Shown here: in pieces, positions 41,120 to 55,523 of the stretch
Numbering within the stretch: position 1 is the first letter of the stretch
Layout: each line of letters starts with the position of its first letter
DNA from: Octopus vulgaris
Lineage: Eukaryota
Length of the DNA stretch: 64,000 nt
Assembly: GCA_951406725.2 (NCBI GenBank)
Contig: OX597827.1
Span: forward strand, 67,208,001-67,272,000
Reading direction: 5' to 3'
Program-made: the position numbers and the translations under genes
Notes under the pieces: model-generated
Databases searched by the model: none
Told to the model about the DNA's origin: nothing
What the model saw: only the letters and a program-made list of their open reading frames with translations

Positions 41120-41266
41120 TTAACAACTAAAACGAAGAGAGGTGAGGGAACAACAAGCTGATGTATTAGTTTGAAGGCCCGAGAACAATGGAAAGGTCTC
41201 TGACGTTTTGAGTCTACGCTCTTCTACAAAAATGGTTGAGAGGGAAAAACTAAAGGTTGGGAGAAC
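41120..41266 (-). mobile_element. Diverged relative of the 56831 hammerhead element
   Basis: ATGTATTAGT..TGACGTTTTGAGTCTACGCTCTTCTACAAAAA aligns to TTACGTTTCGAGCCTACGCTCTTCGACAGAAA. The core is mutated. Confidence 0.55.
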
Positions 41267-41880
41267 TCCTCCTGTACTGTTCTGATAATGTCTACAGAAT
41301 TCATACTTTTTCTGTCCAAATGATTTTGAAGACTGCCGAATAAATGATAATCAAATGGGGAAATGTCCTGCGAATATGAGGGTGGGGCATTCAGACTGCT
41401 CCAGCCTCTGGAATGTCCTCCTCGCTGTATGTGGCCGAGCATTATCCTGATGGAAGAACACTTTTCGTCTGGAAACCAAAATGGTCGTTTTTCTTCTTGC
41501 ACTGCCATGAATGACTGGTTGAATGAGCAAATCCAAGCTTCTCTGCTCGTTCCTCAAAAGTTACGATGGGAATTTGTTCCACCAGGGTTCGCAGGACGTC
41601 TTCATTGTACTCTACAGATCTTCCAGAGCAAGGCTCGTCTTTTAGGCTGTAGTTTCCGGGTCGGAATTTCTGGAACCACCGTTGACACTCGCTTACGCAT
41701 ATTCTCAGATCCCCATATACTGCATTAATATTCCTCGTTAAATATGCTCCTTTGTCGTTTCCATTACAGCTTTGTAAAAATACATTTTCAAAATTTGGAC
41801 TAAGAATAAGGACAAGGTAATATTACTACCTGCATTTATAGCAAGTTGATGCAGGTAGTTTATCTTGACCCCCTTTGACT
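41267..41880 (-). pseudogene. Mariner transposase relic
   Basis: FFHQDNARPHTAR and PSYSQDISPFDYHLFGSLQNHL (DN..PH and YSPDLAPSDY motifs), frameshifted. Confidence 0.85.
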
Positions 41881-42010
41881 TTGTATATATATATATATAT
41901 ATATTGTTGTCTGTTGAGTCATATTTGTGGTTAAAAGAATTAGCTGTCTGTTGGCTGCTATTTCTAAATTTTCGGTATGTGGTGAAGCAACTTGTTGGTA
42001 ATTAATTATA

Positions 42011-42055
<45 letters not shown>

Positions 42056-42059
42056 CCAT

Positions 42060-42265
42060 ATGTGTATCTTTGTGTCTGTCTTTATCTCTCTCCAGCCATT
42101 GACAACCGGTGTAGGTGTGTTTACATCCACTAACGTAGGGGTTCGGCAAAAGAGGCTGATAAAATAAATGTCAGGTTAAAAAATTACTGGGATCGATTCG
42201 ACTAAAAATTTTTCAAGGTGGTGTCCTATCATGGCCGCAGTCCAATGACTGAAGCATGTAATAAA
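42060..42265 (+). mobile_element. SINE family A, right module, diverged
   Basis: TTGACAACCGGTG..GGTTCGGCAAAAGAG..ATGGCCGCAGTCCAATGACTGAA. Confidence 0.7.
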
Positions 42266-42969
42266 AAAAAATAACAGGAAGATTGATAACCGGAATTGTA
42301 AGTGCATCGGACGGGATGTTCTTGACGTCTCTTCCGATTACGAAATATGGTTGACAGATAATATCAGCAATTTCTAAGAAAACAACAACAAAAACAGCTT
42401 CTTTAGTTCCATCGGAACATCGACTCTCACCAAGACTGCACATTATATGGTGTAGTCCTTAGATATATCGAATCTAACAACTAAGGCAGGATTTTGAAAT
42501 CTGGGATGCATTTGACTGTATGTCTGCTCAAACAATATTTAGATTCGTTAAGCAAAAATGACGGTAGAATCAGGCATTGAAACGATACCAATGTAAACAT
42601 GTTTATCGAATTCTTGGCTTCAGATATACCAGAATAAATATCAATAAATTCCGAAGGCAAATATGGCTGATGAGACTTGGCTAAAAATAGGGAATGAAGG
42701 TCCGTCTATCAATATGTATGTACTAGACTTAACTAAATTTATCGCCATCAACATCCGCTCAAGTCTGGGCGACGAATCTGCCTAGTTTTCTGATTAGAAA
42801 TCAATGCTGCCTACAGATATGTGTCAGCTGAATAGCAAATCTGAGGGGATGCCTGGGTGGCGGATGGCTGGATGGCTGGAGGGCTAGAGGGCTTGCACGA
42901 CAGTTTGTTTCCTTTGTCTATATTTAGATATGTATATACGAAGGACTACACATAGGTGTATATATACAT

Positions 42970-43014
<45 letters not shown>

Positions 43015-43050
43015 TATGTATGTAACATACTGTGTTAATGACATATACAC

Positions 43051-43130
<80 letters not shown>

Positions 43131-43317
43131 TGAGGGATAGATCCACACACACACACATACAGCAAGGCAGACAGAATCCCTGACATTGAAGTATTGTTTG
43201 ACTGACAGACACATAGAAAGATAGAGATAAATATATCGAGAGGCAAACAGCCAGAAAGATAGAACGATATATACACAGTTACAGTGATGGATAGAGAAAT
43301 ACAGTTGCACAGACAAA

Positions 43318-43366
<49 letters not shown>

Positions 43367-43509
43367 AGAGAGCAGTGGATGGGGCAAATTGACTCAGAGA
43401 GGCGTGGAAAGAAGAAAGACTCCAATAAAGAAAGCCAGGAAAAGAAAAACATAGGGAAGAGAGGGAAATACGAGTCCGGAGGAGTAAAGTAACGTCAAGG
43501 GACATATTG

Positions 43510-43705
43510 AGAAATAGATAGATGGATAGATAGATAGATGGATGGATGGATGGATGGAGAGAGATAGATAGATAGACAGACAGACACAGACAGGTATATA
43601 GGTAGAGAGATAGGTAGATAGATAGATAGATAGATGGAGAGAGAGATAGATAGACATACAGACACAAACAGGTATATAGGTAGAGAGATAGGTAGATAGA
43701 TAGAT

Positions 43706-43741
<36 letters not shown>

Positions 43742-43798
43742 GGAGAGAGAGAGAGATAGACAGACAGACACAAACAGGTATATAGGTAGAGAGATAGG

Positions 43799-43841
<43 letters not shown>

Positions 43842-44044
43842 TGTGCGTGAGAGAGAGAGAGAGAGACGGACGGACGGACGGACAGGCAGGCAGACAGGCA
43901 GGCAGGCAGGCAGACAGATGGACAGACAGACAGATGGACAGATAGACGGATGGACAGACAGACAGATGGACAGATAGACGGACAGATAGATGGATAGATG
44001 GACAGATAGACAGATAGATGGACAGATAGATAGATAGTGTGCGT

Positions 44045-44076
<32 letters not shown>

Positions 44077-44105
44077 CAGACAGACAGAGACAGACAGACG
44101 GTGAG
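43510..44105. repeat. Higher-order (GATA/GACA)n array
   Basis: ACAGGTATATAGGTAGAGAGATAGGTAGATAG recurs three times within GATA/GACA/GGAT tracts. Confidence 0.85.
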
Positions 44106-44464
44106 AGAGATGGGGCCAGTGAGAAAGCTTCTTTTCTGCAACCGTGTGTAAAGATTGAAGTAGAGATAATGAGGTACGGTGTCAAAAAAGCGTTCGCTTT
44201 AGTAAATATCTCGCTTCTACTTTTCAATTCGGCCATTTCATATGCCACTAAATTTATTCGGAAATGTTGCCAAATTCAATAAAGCAATGGTCTCTTGTCA
44301 CATAAACAGTATGCTAGCTGTTTCCTATATTCTAAGCTCATATATTTACTTTCCAACACGCTTATATGAAAAGACCTAACTCTACAAATTGAGCGATTGA
44401 CCAACGAACTATTTTTGTGTATGTATATAATAGCATCATATGTAATGTCCATGCGTATGCATAA

Positions 44465-44592
<128 letters not shown>

Positions 44593-44611
44593 GTACATAT
44601 ATATGTATGTA

Positions 44612-44750
<139 letters not shown>

Positions 44751-45092
44751 ATAGAAGCAAATGCGTATTCGTTCGTATGAAGTTATGTATATATGTAGAT
44801 AGATAGATAGATGTAGATGCATACACACACATACATAATATGGATGTCTAACCGAAAATAGATATCGTTCTTTATAGTTTCCATGTACTTATATTTCGTA
44901 TTATTTATTATTTATTTAGTAGACCATAATTCAAGTTTTTATTATGTGAAGGTTTGCTTCTCTCATGTTTGTCAAAGAAGAACTAGATAATGGTGTATGC
45001 TGAAAATGTTAAAACATTTATTTTCCGAATATTCATAAGTGCATACATAGACATCTATGTATATACTATGTGTGTATGTAAATCTCACTTTC

Positions 45093-45160
<68 letters not shown>

Positions 45161-45304
45161 TATACATACACACACACAAACATACATATACTGCGGTGAA
45201 TAAACTACTGTTTTCTAAACTCCGCAAAAATGGAAATAACACTGTCATCTCATCTTAACAGATATATTTACCTGAATTACATAAAATTATTTTGAAATAC
45301 TCAA

Positions 45305-45560
45305 GACTAAATTTGTTCAATAAAATCGCCATTGGCGTCTCGACTGATTCGGAATGTCTTGCGACTCTTTTGGACGGTCTGCTTGTTTACGTTGGTCAAT
45401 GCTGCCATAATCCTTGCCTTCAGTTCATCTTTGTTACAAGGAGTTTTGTTGGTCACTCACTCAACTGCCACACCCACCCCTCATCATAATCAAGAGTGGA
45501 GCAGTCTGGTGAGATAGGTAGCCAGATGTTAGGGGTGACGTGGTTGCATTAATTGTCTGA
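45305..45560 (-). pseudogene. Tc1/mariner (maT/DD37D-like) transposase C-terminal relic
   Basis: HVTPNIWLPISPDCSTLDY (WPPNSPDxNPLDY-like) ..TNKTPCNKDELKARIMAAL..ANGDFIEQI*. Confidence 0.75.
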
Positions 45561-45740
45561 CAGCTATGATTGGTTTCTCCTGATTGTGTGGCATGATAAT
45601 AATAAAATATATCAACACTGAGACAAGGCATTACACTACATGTTAAAATATCACTACGTACTCTGATAGCTGATTCTGAACGGAGGACTTATTGTGAGTG
45701 CCGCACGACTCAATGAAACCATAATTGATACTATACACAC

Positions 45741-45895
45741 AGGCGTAGCTGTGTGGTAAGTAGCTTGATTCCAAACTACATGGTTCTCGATTCAGTCACA
45801 CTGCGTAGCACCTTGTGCCAGTGACTTCTACAATAGCCTCGCTCCGACTATAACGCTGTGAATGGATTTGGCAGACGGAAACTGAAAGAAGCCTG

Positions 45896-45897
<2 letters not shown>
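45741..45897 (+). mobile_element. SINE family A, left module
   Basis: GGCGTAGCTGTGTGGTAAGTAGCTTG..GAAAGAAGCCTG followed by (TA)n(TG)n. Confidence 0.8.
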
Positions 45898-45960
<63 letters not shown>

Positions 45961-46688
45961 GAATAAAGTTACAACATGGTCAGGTTTTCATGCTTTTTAT
46001 TACTGTATTTAAAAAAAATCTCTTTTTACCATGTTGAAGTGTGTTAAAAATTAAAAAAACAATGTTGTAATGTAGACATTAGCGCTTTCATACGTTTGTA
46101 GTAATCATCAGATTTCAAAATGACTTTAACTGAGAGTTGAGTTCCTGAAAGCTGTAGTAAAATGACTGACTTCTTCCTTTTTATACATTTCACAAGGCTC
46201 CAAGAAGCTGAATACTGTGTTGACCAATCAGCATGCATGTTAAACGTCACGGTTTTGCTCGGCGCACCGATATTACTAGTACAGATCCCGCTTTTATTTC
46301 AACCAAGTTTGTAGTTTACATGTACTGGTTCTATTAGTGAGCTGGTTTCGATCGTTTTTATTTCAGTTGTAATTTGTTTATGTTGTAGATTTATTTAACT
46401 GATACACAAATTCGGAAAAAATATATATGTATTGATGTATATATGTATGTGTATCTGTTTGTGTTTGTAGGTGTGGCAATGTGTGTGTGTATATATATTA
46501 GTGAGCGTGTGTGAATTATCTAGGCGAGTGGTTGTAACACTGCAAACAGTTAACTCATAGCTTCCTCGCGTGGGAGCTAATTTGGTTCTAACTCATTTCA
46601 CCAGAATAAATTGAATTAACGCTAATCTACATGACGATAACAATTTTATCTCTGATTCGTTACCTTTGTACCATTCTCTATGTATCTG

Positions 46689-46762
<74 letters not shown>

Positions 46763-46784
46763 AATATATATATATATATGTCTA

Positions 46785-46825
<41 letters not shown>

Positions 46826-46842
46826 CTCTCCCTCTCTCCGTA

Positions 46843-46873
<31 letters not shown>

Positions 46874-46934
46874 TTGTATATGTATGTGTGTGTATATGTG
46901 CGTGTGAGTGTGTTTGTGCGTGTACGTGTGCATG

Positions 46935-46967
<33 letters not shown>

Positions 46968-47036
46968 GTATATATATAAATACATATATACATACATATA
47001 TGTATATATTCATATCTATATATTTATCTATCTATC

Positions 47037-47067
<31 letters not shown>

Positions 47068-47431
47068 ATGTAAATAGATAGAGGGAGAGATGACCGGATG
47101 GGCGGGTGGACGGATGGGTGGATGGATCTCCTAGATAAAGTGATTTCCGCCTGCTTGCGCTTCATCAGTAGTAGTTATTTAATAAGCTCACAAAATCACG
47201 CCGATATACAGAAAAAAATTAATGACCAGTTACACGCATAAATGTACTTTTAGCTCTAATTGTCTTTATGAGACATGACGAGCATCGCAGCATTAATGGA
47301 GTACTAAACCGTATCCCCGTTATGTGAGATAGAAAATTGTCATTGGATACTAATGCTACTAAATACAATTACAAAGATTGTTTTTTTTCCCAGCCCACCA
47401 AATATTGGATTGGCCAGTTTTTCTTTACACC

Positions 47432-47770
47432 TGTTGTTGTGACCCACTTCGGTCACGACACTGACCATGGGTTTGCACCTAGAAAGTTACCCTCCAAGGT
47501 ACAAGTCTGGGCAAGGTTGTTTATGGAAGGCCAGCAGTCGCCCATGCATACCGGTCTCCCCTCTCCACGGCACCAATGTTATCCAAGGGAAAGGCAAAGG
47601 GGCCGATACAGCTTGGCACCTGTGACGTCGCAACTCATTTCTACAGCTGAGTGAACTGGAGCAACGTGAAATAAAGTGTCTTGCTCAAGAACACAACACG
47701 CAGCCCGGTCCGGGATTCGAACTCACAACCTCACGATCGTAAGCTCGACGCTCTAACCACTGAGCCATGC
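47432..47770 (-). mobile_element. tRNA-derived SINE, well preserved
   Basis: A box TGGCTCAGTGG, B box GTTCGAATCCC, TTGAGCAAGACACTTT core, (CAA)n tail. Confidence 0.85.
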
Positions 47771-48114
47771 ACCAACACAGTTATAATTATGCTAGCTTAC
47801 GGAAATAGTCGGAAATGTATTTTTGACGAGGTGAAAACACTCTTAAATTCTGTGATCTATTAGTTCCGACTCCAATGCCGGTAATTTTTTGTTCGCTTCT
47901 CATATCTCTCAGTGAACTATTTAAAAGACTAAACTCCTATACGAGTCGTTTTCTCGGGACAAATGTTGTCGTATTATAGTGTTCTAAAACTATATTCACA
48001 TGAATTATGATTTAAAGATATATGTGCTTGTGTGTACGCACGTGTGTGTATGTGTATTCGTGTTCTATATGAACTTATATTTATACATAAGTATGCCTGT
48101 AGATGCATGTGTGT

Positions 48115-48245
<131 letters not shown>

Positions 48246-48482
48246 CACATATCACGTGTAGAATGAAATAAAACGATTTCTGTTCAATCTTCGTTCAGCT
48301 CCATTTCTTCAATTCACCAATAATATTTTAATTTCAATTATCCGCACCAACGCACGGTTGCAACACCATATGGTTGTACCTCCAACCGTGCTGTCTTCTG
48401 CTGTGATTTTTGCTACCAAGGTATCGGTTAAACTTTTGATTAATCTGCTACAAGATTATTCATCTTTCTATTTCTATTTCAC

Positions 48483-48614
<132 letters not shown>

Positions 48615-49420
48615 CATTATGTTGTTTGAGTGTATGTTTAAGTGTGTTTGTGTGTGTGTGTATGTGTGTGTATTTGGTGAAAATAACCGTTAGTGTAAAC
48701 AACGCAGAGATAAACGAATTTCACAGACATGCAATACAATAATATTTGTTTAAGGCTTGAATTTCAACAATCTCCATTATGATTGTCACGTCTCCATCCC
48801 TGAAGCCGTATTAAATTAAAGCCAAAAAAAAAAAAAAAAATCTGATATTCTTTCTTATCCGAAATAACCAATCCTTTTTTTTTTTTTTTTTTGCATGATA
48901 TATTTAAACAAAGACATTCATTGTCTTGTGTATAGCCAACAGGAACAGAAACCAAATCTTCCTCAAATGACACATTACTGTCACATTGAATGGAATAGTG
49001 TGGGATAGATCTCATGGCGTCAAAGGTCTGACGACGCGTCATGTGATGACATACAAGACGGAGACCTGATTCTCGATATAGATGCTTTATGCTTCCGATC
49101 TGGCTCTGGGCTTCACATGTTACGTGAGAAATGTGTTCAATCGCAAAATCAGATACCACTGAGAAACGCATGCGCTCCTTTTTCTTCTTGTTTTCCATTA
49201 ATACCACGAATAACCTTTGTTTCACTTAACCAACCGGTAGCGTATGTCCTGAAGTAAATTCTTTCTCCTTTTGAAATCCTAAGCAAACCAACATCTCACA
49301 CACAACTATCGCAAAATCCAAACAATTTATTTTTTTGAAAACGACGATCGAGCTATTGAAACTAAACTATAATGACAGCCATTTCAACAGCTTTAAAGAG
49401 ACAAAAAGTACTCTCACATA

Positions 49421-50017
49421 AGGCGGCTAGATGGCAGATACGTTAGCACGCCGGGCGAAATGCTTAGCGGTATTTCGTCTGCCGTTACGTTGTGAGTTCA
49501 AATTCCGCCGAGGTCGACTTTGCCTTTCATCCTTTCGGGGTCGATAAATTAAGTAACCAGTTGAGCACTGGGGTCGATATAATCGACTTAATACCTATGT
49601 CTGTCCATGTTTGTCTCCTCTATGTTTGGCCCCTTGTGGGTAATAAAGAAATAGGTATTTCGTCTGCCGTTACGTCTGAGTTCAAATTCCGCCGAGGTCG
49701 ACTTTGCCTTTCATCCTTTCGGGCTCGATAAATTAAGTACCAGTTACGCACTGGCATCGATGTAATCGACTTAATCCGTTTGTCTGTCCTTGTTTGTCCC
49801 CTCTGTGTTTAGCCCCATGTGGGTAGTAAAAAAATATGTATTTCTTCTGACGTTACGTTCTGAGTTCGAATTCCGCCGAGGTCGATTTTGCCTTTCATCC
49901 TTTCGTGGTCGATAAATTAAGTACCAGTTACGCACTGGTGTCGATGTAATAATTTATTCCTTTTGTCCTTGTTTGTCCCCTGTATGTTTAGCCCCTTGTG
50001 TGTAATAAAGAAATAAG
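49421..50017 (+). mobile_element. Head-to-tail trimer of SINE family B with a single 16-bp TSD
   Basis: Units 49421-49653, 49654-49836 and 49837-50017. TSD AAAGTACTCTCACATA at 49405-49420 and 50018-50033. Confidence 0.92.
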
Positions 50018-51029
50018 AAAGTACTCTCACATATGCTCCATTTTTCCTTGTCAACCACTAATTCAAACAGTATCTCTTGCTTCAGTCAGACAGTAGGTTC
50101 GATATGCCCTAAAGTAAACTCTACTCCACCTGCAATCTTCAGCAGATCTACATTTTACGTGCCTTCAGACCTATCGCACATCCACACTTTTTCGTTCACT
50201 GTAGTCAACCAATAAATTCAAGCGTATCTACATCTGCAGTTTTAAAGGCCCAGCACGGTCATTCAGCAATCAGCAACTGACATCTCTTGCAAAGTGAATG
50301 GAAATTAAAATGCCCATGGTGGACAAAGTTATCACTGTGCGACTTTTAGCTTTTTATCAGTAGCAAACTTTTTTTTTTTTTTTGTTCAGGGTCGATAAAA
50401 ATGTACAAGTCGAACTGACGTAGCAGTACTGAGGCCAGAATGGATGTCTTATGGTATTTGCTCGGGATATCGCATTCTGAGTTCAAATTCTGCCGTGGAT
50501 TATTTTAGTGGTAGACTGAACTTATGACCACTTGTTGCCCAATATAACACCATCACCTCACAATTCTCCAATTTGGTGGAATCCAATCTGTTGCAAGCAT
50601 TATGGTTTGAAGAAACCCTATCACTGACGCCGGTAGTTGGGTCATGATTATTGTTTTCTCATGTGATTTTTAAAAATTATTTATGCAGATTTCAAACTTA
50701 AATTTCTTTGTAACAGATAACACATTACATTTTGCAACACTATATTTTGATAAACTCTGTAAAAGTGTAATGTTTGACACAATTGAACTGAGTATATTCT
50801 CTGGGCCTTCCATATGTATTTCATGTTGTTTCGCGTGATATTTCAAGTGAAGCTGTCAACAATCAAGAAATATCTACCAGTTATCACACTTTGATGTTTG
50901 ACATTGAGATTAGTTTTAGTAGAGGTTTCCAACGCATAACACCACCATTAAAACCAACTCCATTATATACTTATATACATATATATATACACATATATAT
51001 ATATACATATATATATATACATATATATA

Positions 51030-51083
<54 letters not shown>

Positions 51084-51125
51084 ATATATATATATATATT
51101 TATATATATGTATATATGTATATAT

Positions 51126-51159
<34 letters not shown>

Positions 51160-51224
51160 GTGTGTGTATGTATATATATATATGTATATATATATATTTA
51201 TATATACATACATATATATATATT

Positions 51225-51286
<62 letters not shown>

Positions 51287-51318
51287 TATAAATATATATA
51301 TATATATGTGTGTGTGTG

Positions 51319-51422
<104 letters not shown>

Positions 51423-51450
51423 ATAATTATATATATATGCTTATATAGAA

Positions 51451-51483
<33 letters not shown>

Positions 51484-52015
51484 CAAATACATACGTGCAT
51501 ATATATATATGTATATACATATATATTTATGTATGTATATACATACATATATACATATGTGTGTGTGCTTATATATACATATTTACACACACACACACAC
51601 ACACACATATATATGCATGCATGCATGCTCGTGCGCGCGCACACACACACAGACACATATACATGCACATGCGAGGTGTGAGTGTATATTATATGTCCAT
51701 AATTTAGGTTATTATCTTCCAGCTTGCGATTTTCTGGCACCTATGTTTTTGTCCTGTATGCGGCCAGTTGAAAGGGAGAATCGAATCAAAGAGTTGATAT
51801 GATTTATGTCCCGATTTTATGAGCATCATTAGGTTAGTTCCAATGATGAAAGTTAAACTATGTATATAGGTTTGTATCTGAATACAACTGGGTGTGTCTA
51901 TGATTCAACACATACCCGTGTGATATCTTTCTTACGTATACATGCGTGTGCGGGTATGATGTGACTGGTGTGTATTTGGTATAAATGCACTGTTAATATG
52001 ATAGTCCGCTTAAAG

Positions 52016-52233
52016 CAGGCGAGGTAGCAGAACCTTTAAAGGGCCGGGCATTATGCTTAGCGGCATTTCGTCCATCCTTATGGTTTAGGTTCAAATGCCA
52101 CTAGGGCCGACTTTGCCTTTCTTTCATTGGGGGTCCATAAAATAAGTACCAGTTGAACACTGGGGTCGATGTAATCGACCGACTTAACCCGTCCTCCTGT
52201 GATCGCTGCCCCTGTGTCAGAATTTGAAACCAG
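52016..52233 (+). mobile_element. SINE family B variant (alternative tail) with TSD
   Basis: Same head and core as family B. TATGATA(G/A)TCCGCTTAAAG lies on both sides (51997-52015, 52234-52252). Confidence 0.75.
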
Positions 52234-52481
52234 TATGATAATCCGCTTAAAGGCGGATTATCTAAACTTTGTGGGGAGGGTGCTAGCTGGTTACATTCAT
52301 ACGAGTGCTTAACTGAAACTCATTTTATCGAACTCTCAGGCACAATAGGCAGAGTCGACTTCAGCTGTATTTGAACTCGGAACGTAAAGACAGACGAAAT
52401 AACGCAAAAGCCTTTAGTTCTACCAGTTCTCCGAACTTCCCTTATATTATCAAAACATACAATATCTATGCATACTATATA

Positions 52482-52669
52482 GGCGCAGGAGTGGCTGTGT
52501 GGTAAGGAGCTTGCTTACCAACCACATGGTTCCGGGTTCATTCCCACTGCGTGGCACATTGTCAACTGTCTTACTGTCTTCTACTATAGCTTCGGGCCGA
52601 CCAAAGCCTTGTTGGTGGATTCGGTAGACGGAAACTGAAAGAAGCCCGTCTCATATATGAGAATATATA

Positions 52670-52722
<53 letters not shown>

Positions 52723-52945
52723 GTGTGTATATGTTTGTGTGTCTGTGTTTTTCCCCCCAACATCGCTTGACAACCGAAGGTGGTGTGTTTACGCCCCCGT
52801 AACTTAGCGGTTCAGCAAAAGGGACCGATAGAATAAGTACTAGGCTTCCAAAAAAATAAGTCCTGGGTCGATTTGCTCGACGAAAGGCGGTGCTGTAGCA
52901 TGGCCGCAGTCAAATGACTGACAACAAATAAAAGAGTGAAAGAGT
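52482..52945 (+). mobile_element. SINE family A, full length
   Basis: GGCGCAGGAGTGGCTGTGTGG..(TA)n..AAAGAGTGAAAGAGT. Confidence 0.9.
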
Positions 52946-53841
52946 ATGAAAAGCTTTTTTCCTAAAACGGAAAGGATGAGAACTGAAAGTGTTATATAGT
53001 TGCTTCCATTTCAAGTAGATAGAGACTCTCTATCTATGAAGGTTACTCCTTCGGTTTGTTTAAAGTGGAAACAAGGAAAAGAAAAACTAATCCAATATAT
53101 CATTGCCAAAAATATCCTGTGGATATTTGAGCTGAAATAACAGACTAAATCGTTTTTCGTCTCGGAAGAATCACAATATCAGTCAGTAATCTACCATTAA
53201 ATACTTATTTTTCATTTCTCATTCGTATTTCATTATCCATTTCCTTGGATTGTAGGATTGCTCTCTCTCTTTCACTCTCTCTTTCACTCTCTCTTTAACT
53301 CTCTCTTACCTTCTCTCTCTCTCATCTTCTCTTCCCCCCCCTCTCTCTCATAGATTTCACACAAAAAGATACATATATATATATATACGTATAATATTTT
53401 TTGATGTATAAAAATATACTTCGTATTATATTACCTTCAGATTTATTTTTTGTATATTATTTGTCTATGAATAACGTACATCACTTATATTATTATATAT
53501 ATATATTTTTTTAATACAAAATGGATATCAGTGTTTATTGATATACATACATAGACACTCACAAACACACACACACTCACACTTACATACGTTCGTATCA
53601 ATATTATAATATATATATATATTACACATGTTGTATGTATATACATATATATACACATGAATGTTTATAAAAAGGCGTAGATTTATCGTTAGCTTAATCA
53701 TACAGAAACAGTCGTTTTCTAATGTTTTTAATAATCTACCCGCGAGAGAAAACTAGTTAGTACATATGACCTTTTTAGGTTGGTGCTATTGGTCACATCT
53801 AATTCTCACGCTGAATATTATATATTTCATGTTAAAAGAAA

Positions 53842-54129
53842 TCTCTCACTATATATAAACGGCAGTTTGTCTGTCTGCGTGTCTGTGTGTCTGTTAGGTT
53901 GTACCCTCACCCTGACCACGGCTTTCAACCGATTCTGATGAAACTTCACACACACATAGCCCAATGTCATAATTCAAAACTAACGCAGCGAAAGTTTTGA
54001 AAAGTTCCCCCAGTTCTGAAAAATATCGATAAATTCGACATGTGGTCGAGAATCTAAGCTATAACTCTCTAAAAATGCTTTATAGTTATTTCCCTTACAA
54101 ACCCGAGCAACGCCGGGCGATACTGCTAG
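53842..54129 (+). mobile_element. Non-autonomous Helitron
   Basis: A|TC start, (GTCT)n, hairpin CCCGAGCAACGCCGGG, CTAG|T end. Sister copy at 62006. Confidence 0.85.
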
Positions 54130-54536
54130 TAGCAAATAAAAATTATAAAGCTTAGTGGTAAATTCTGGCAACATATTTAATCCGGCAAAACGTATTAAGG
54201 GACTATGAAGTGGAGTAAATTCTGGCAGAATATTCAACCAATTTTATGTGAGTCGTAAAAGTTAGAGAACTAGAATGTAGCAGATATGTGTTCAGAAGAG
54301 CTTCGTGCATTCCTGTCTGTTCTTGGTAGAGACTCGACTGGAGAAAAGACAGCACTTACGTTATTAGTTCTCAGGTAAAAATAAAAAAAACAGTGAAACA
54401 AAATGCATTATACGAAATAAAAAGATGTACACAGAAAAAGATACATGTATATACGGATAGATAGATTGATAGATATAAAGCGAGACAGACGGATAGATAG
54501 ACAAATAGACAGGCAGGCAGACAGACAGTCTGATAT

Positions 54537-54612
<76 letters not shown>

Positions 54613-54657
54613 TTAGACAGATAGACAAATAGACAGGCAGACAGACAGTCTGATAGT

Positions 54658-54704
<47 letters not shown>

Positions 54705-54962
54705 GTAGGTAGGTAGTTAGGTAGGTAGGTAAGTAGGTAGGTAGGTAGGTAGGTAGGTAGGTAGGTAGGTAGGTAGGTAGGTAGGTAGGTAGGTAGGTGG
54801 ATGGATAGATAGATAGATGGGTGGGTGGTTGGACGGACTGACAGATATACAGACTTAGAGGTAGATAGATATATAGATAGTCAGAAAGACAGATAGGTAG
54901 ATAGACAGATGGACAGACAGATAGATAAATGGATGGATGGATGGGTGGATAGATAGATAGAC

Positions 54963-55001
<39 letters not shown>

Positions 55002-55042
55002 CAAACTGACAGATATATATAGATAGATAGATAGATAGATAT

Positions 55043-55095
<53 letters not shown>

Positions 55096-55291
55096 AGTCG
55101 AAATACAGAGACAGACATGTATCTATAGATGCTTGGATGTCTATATATATATATATTTGTTAGTATATTTGTACGTATACACATTAGCGTATCAAATGTG
55201 CAAGTAAGTGTGCATTCCACCGTTTACATTTTTCTGTATACGCAAATATACACACCCTCTCAAACACACGCACACACATATACACACCTAC

Positions 55292-55523
55292 AAGGCGGCG
55301 AGCTGGTAGAAACGTTAGCACGCCGGGCGAAATTCGTAGCCGTATTTCGTCTGTCGTTACGTTCCGAGTTCAAATTCCGCCGAGGTCGACTTTGCCTTTC
55401 ATCCTTTCGGGGTCGATAAATTAAGTACCAGTTACGCACTGGGGTCGATGAAGTCGACTTAATCCCTTTGTCTGTCCTTGTTTGTCCCCTCTGTGTTTAG
55501 CCCCTTGTGGGTAGTAAAGAAAT
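55292..55523 (+). mobile_element. SINE family B, full length, 16-bp TSD
   Basis: TSD ACATATACACACCTAC at 55276-55291 and 55524-55539. Nin/Deu-like core GCCTTTCATCCTTTCGGGGTCGATAAATTAAGTACCAG. Confidence 0.92.

Noticed and set aside
47135-47172. Minus-strand CTGATGA..GAAA
   Set aside because: Stem II is only 3 bp with wrong spacing, and there is no stem I or III.
47690-47770. tRNA-like sequence (also at 34200-34285, 57790-57862 and 62960-63025)
   Set aside because: These are SINE heads continuing into SINE bodies. No complete acceptor stem or Pol III terminator is evident.
48764-49225. 153-aa non-repetitive minus-strand ORF
   Set aside because: It has no recognisable motif, a non-ATG start, and runs through poly-A/T tracts. 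I cannot support it without expression or homology data.
49421-50017. CRISPR-like or ribozyme-containing array
   Set aside because: The units are SINE copies without unique spacers. I found no hammerhead core on either strand.
50040-50330. Possible RTE RT relic (also 13290-13440 and 7780-7860)
   Set aside because: Only faint motif resemblance, too decayed to call by eye.
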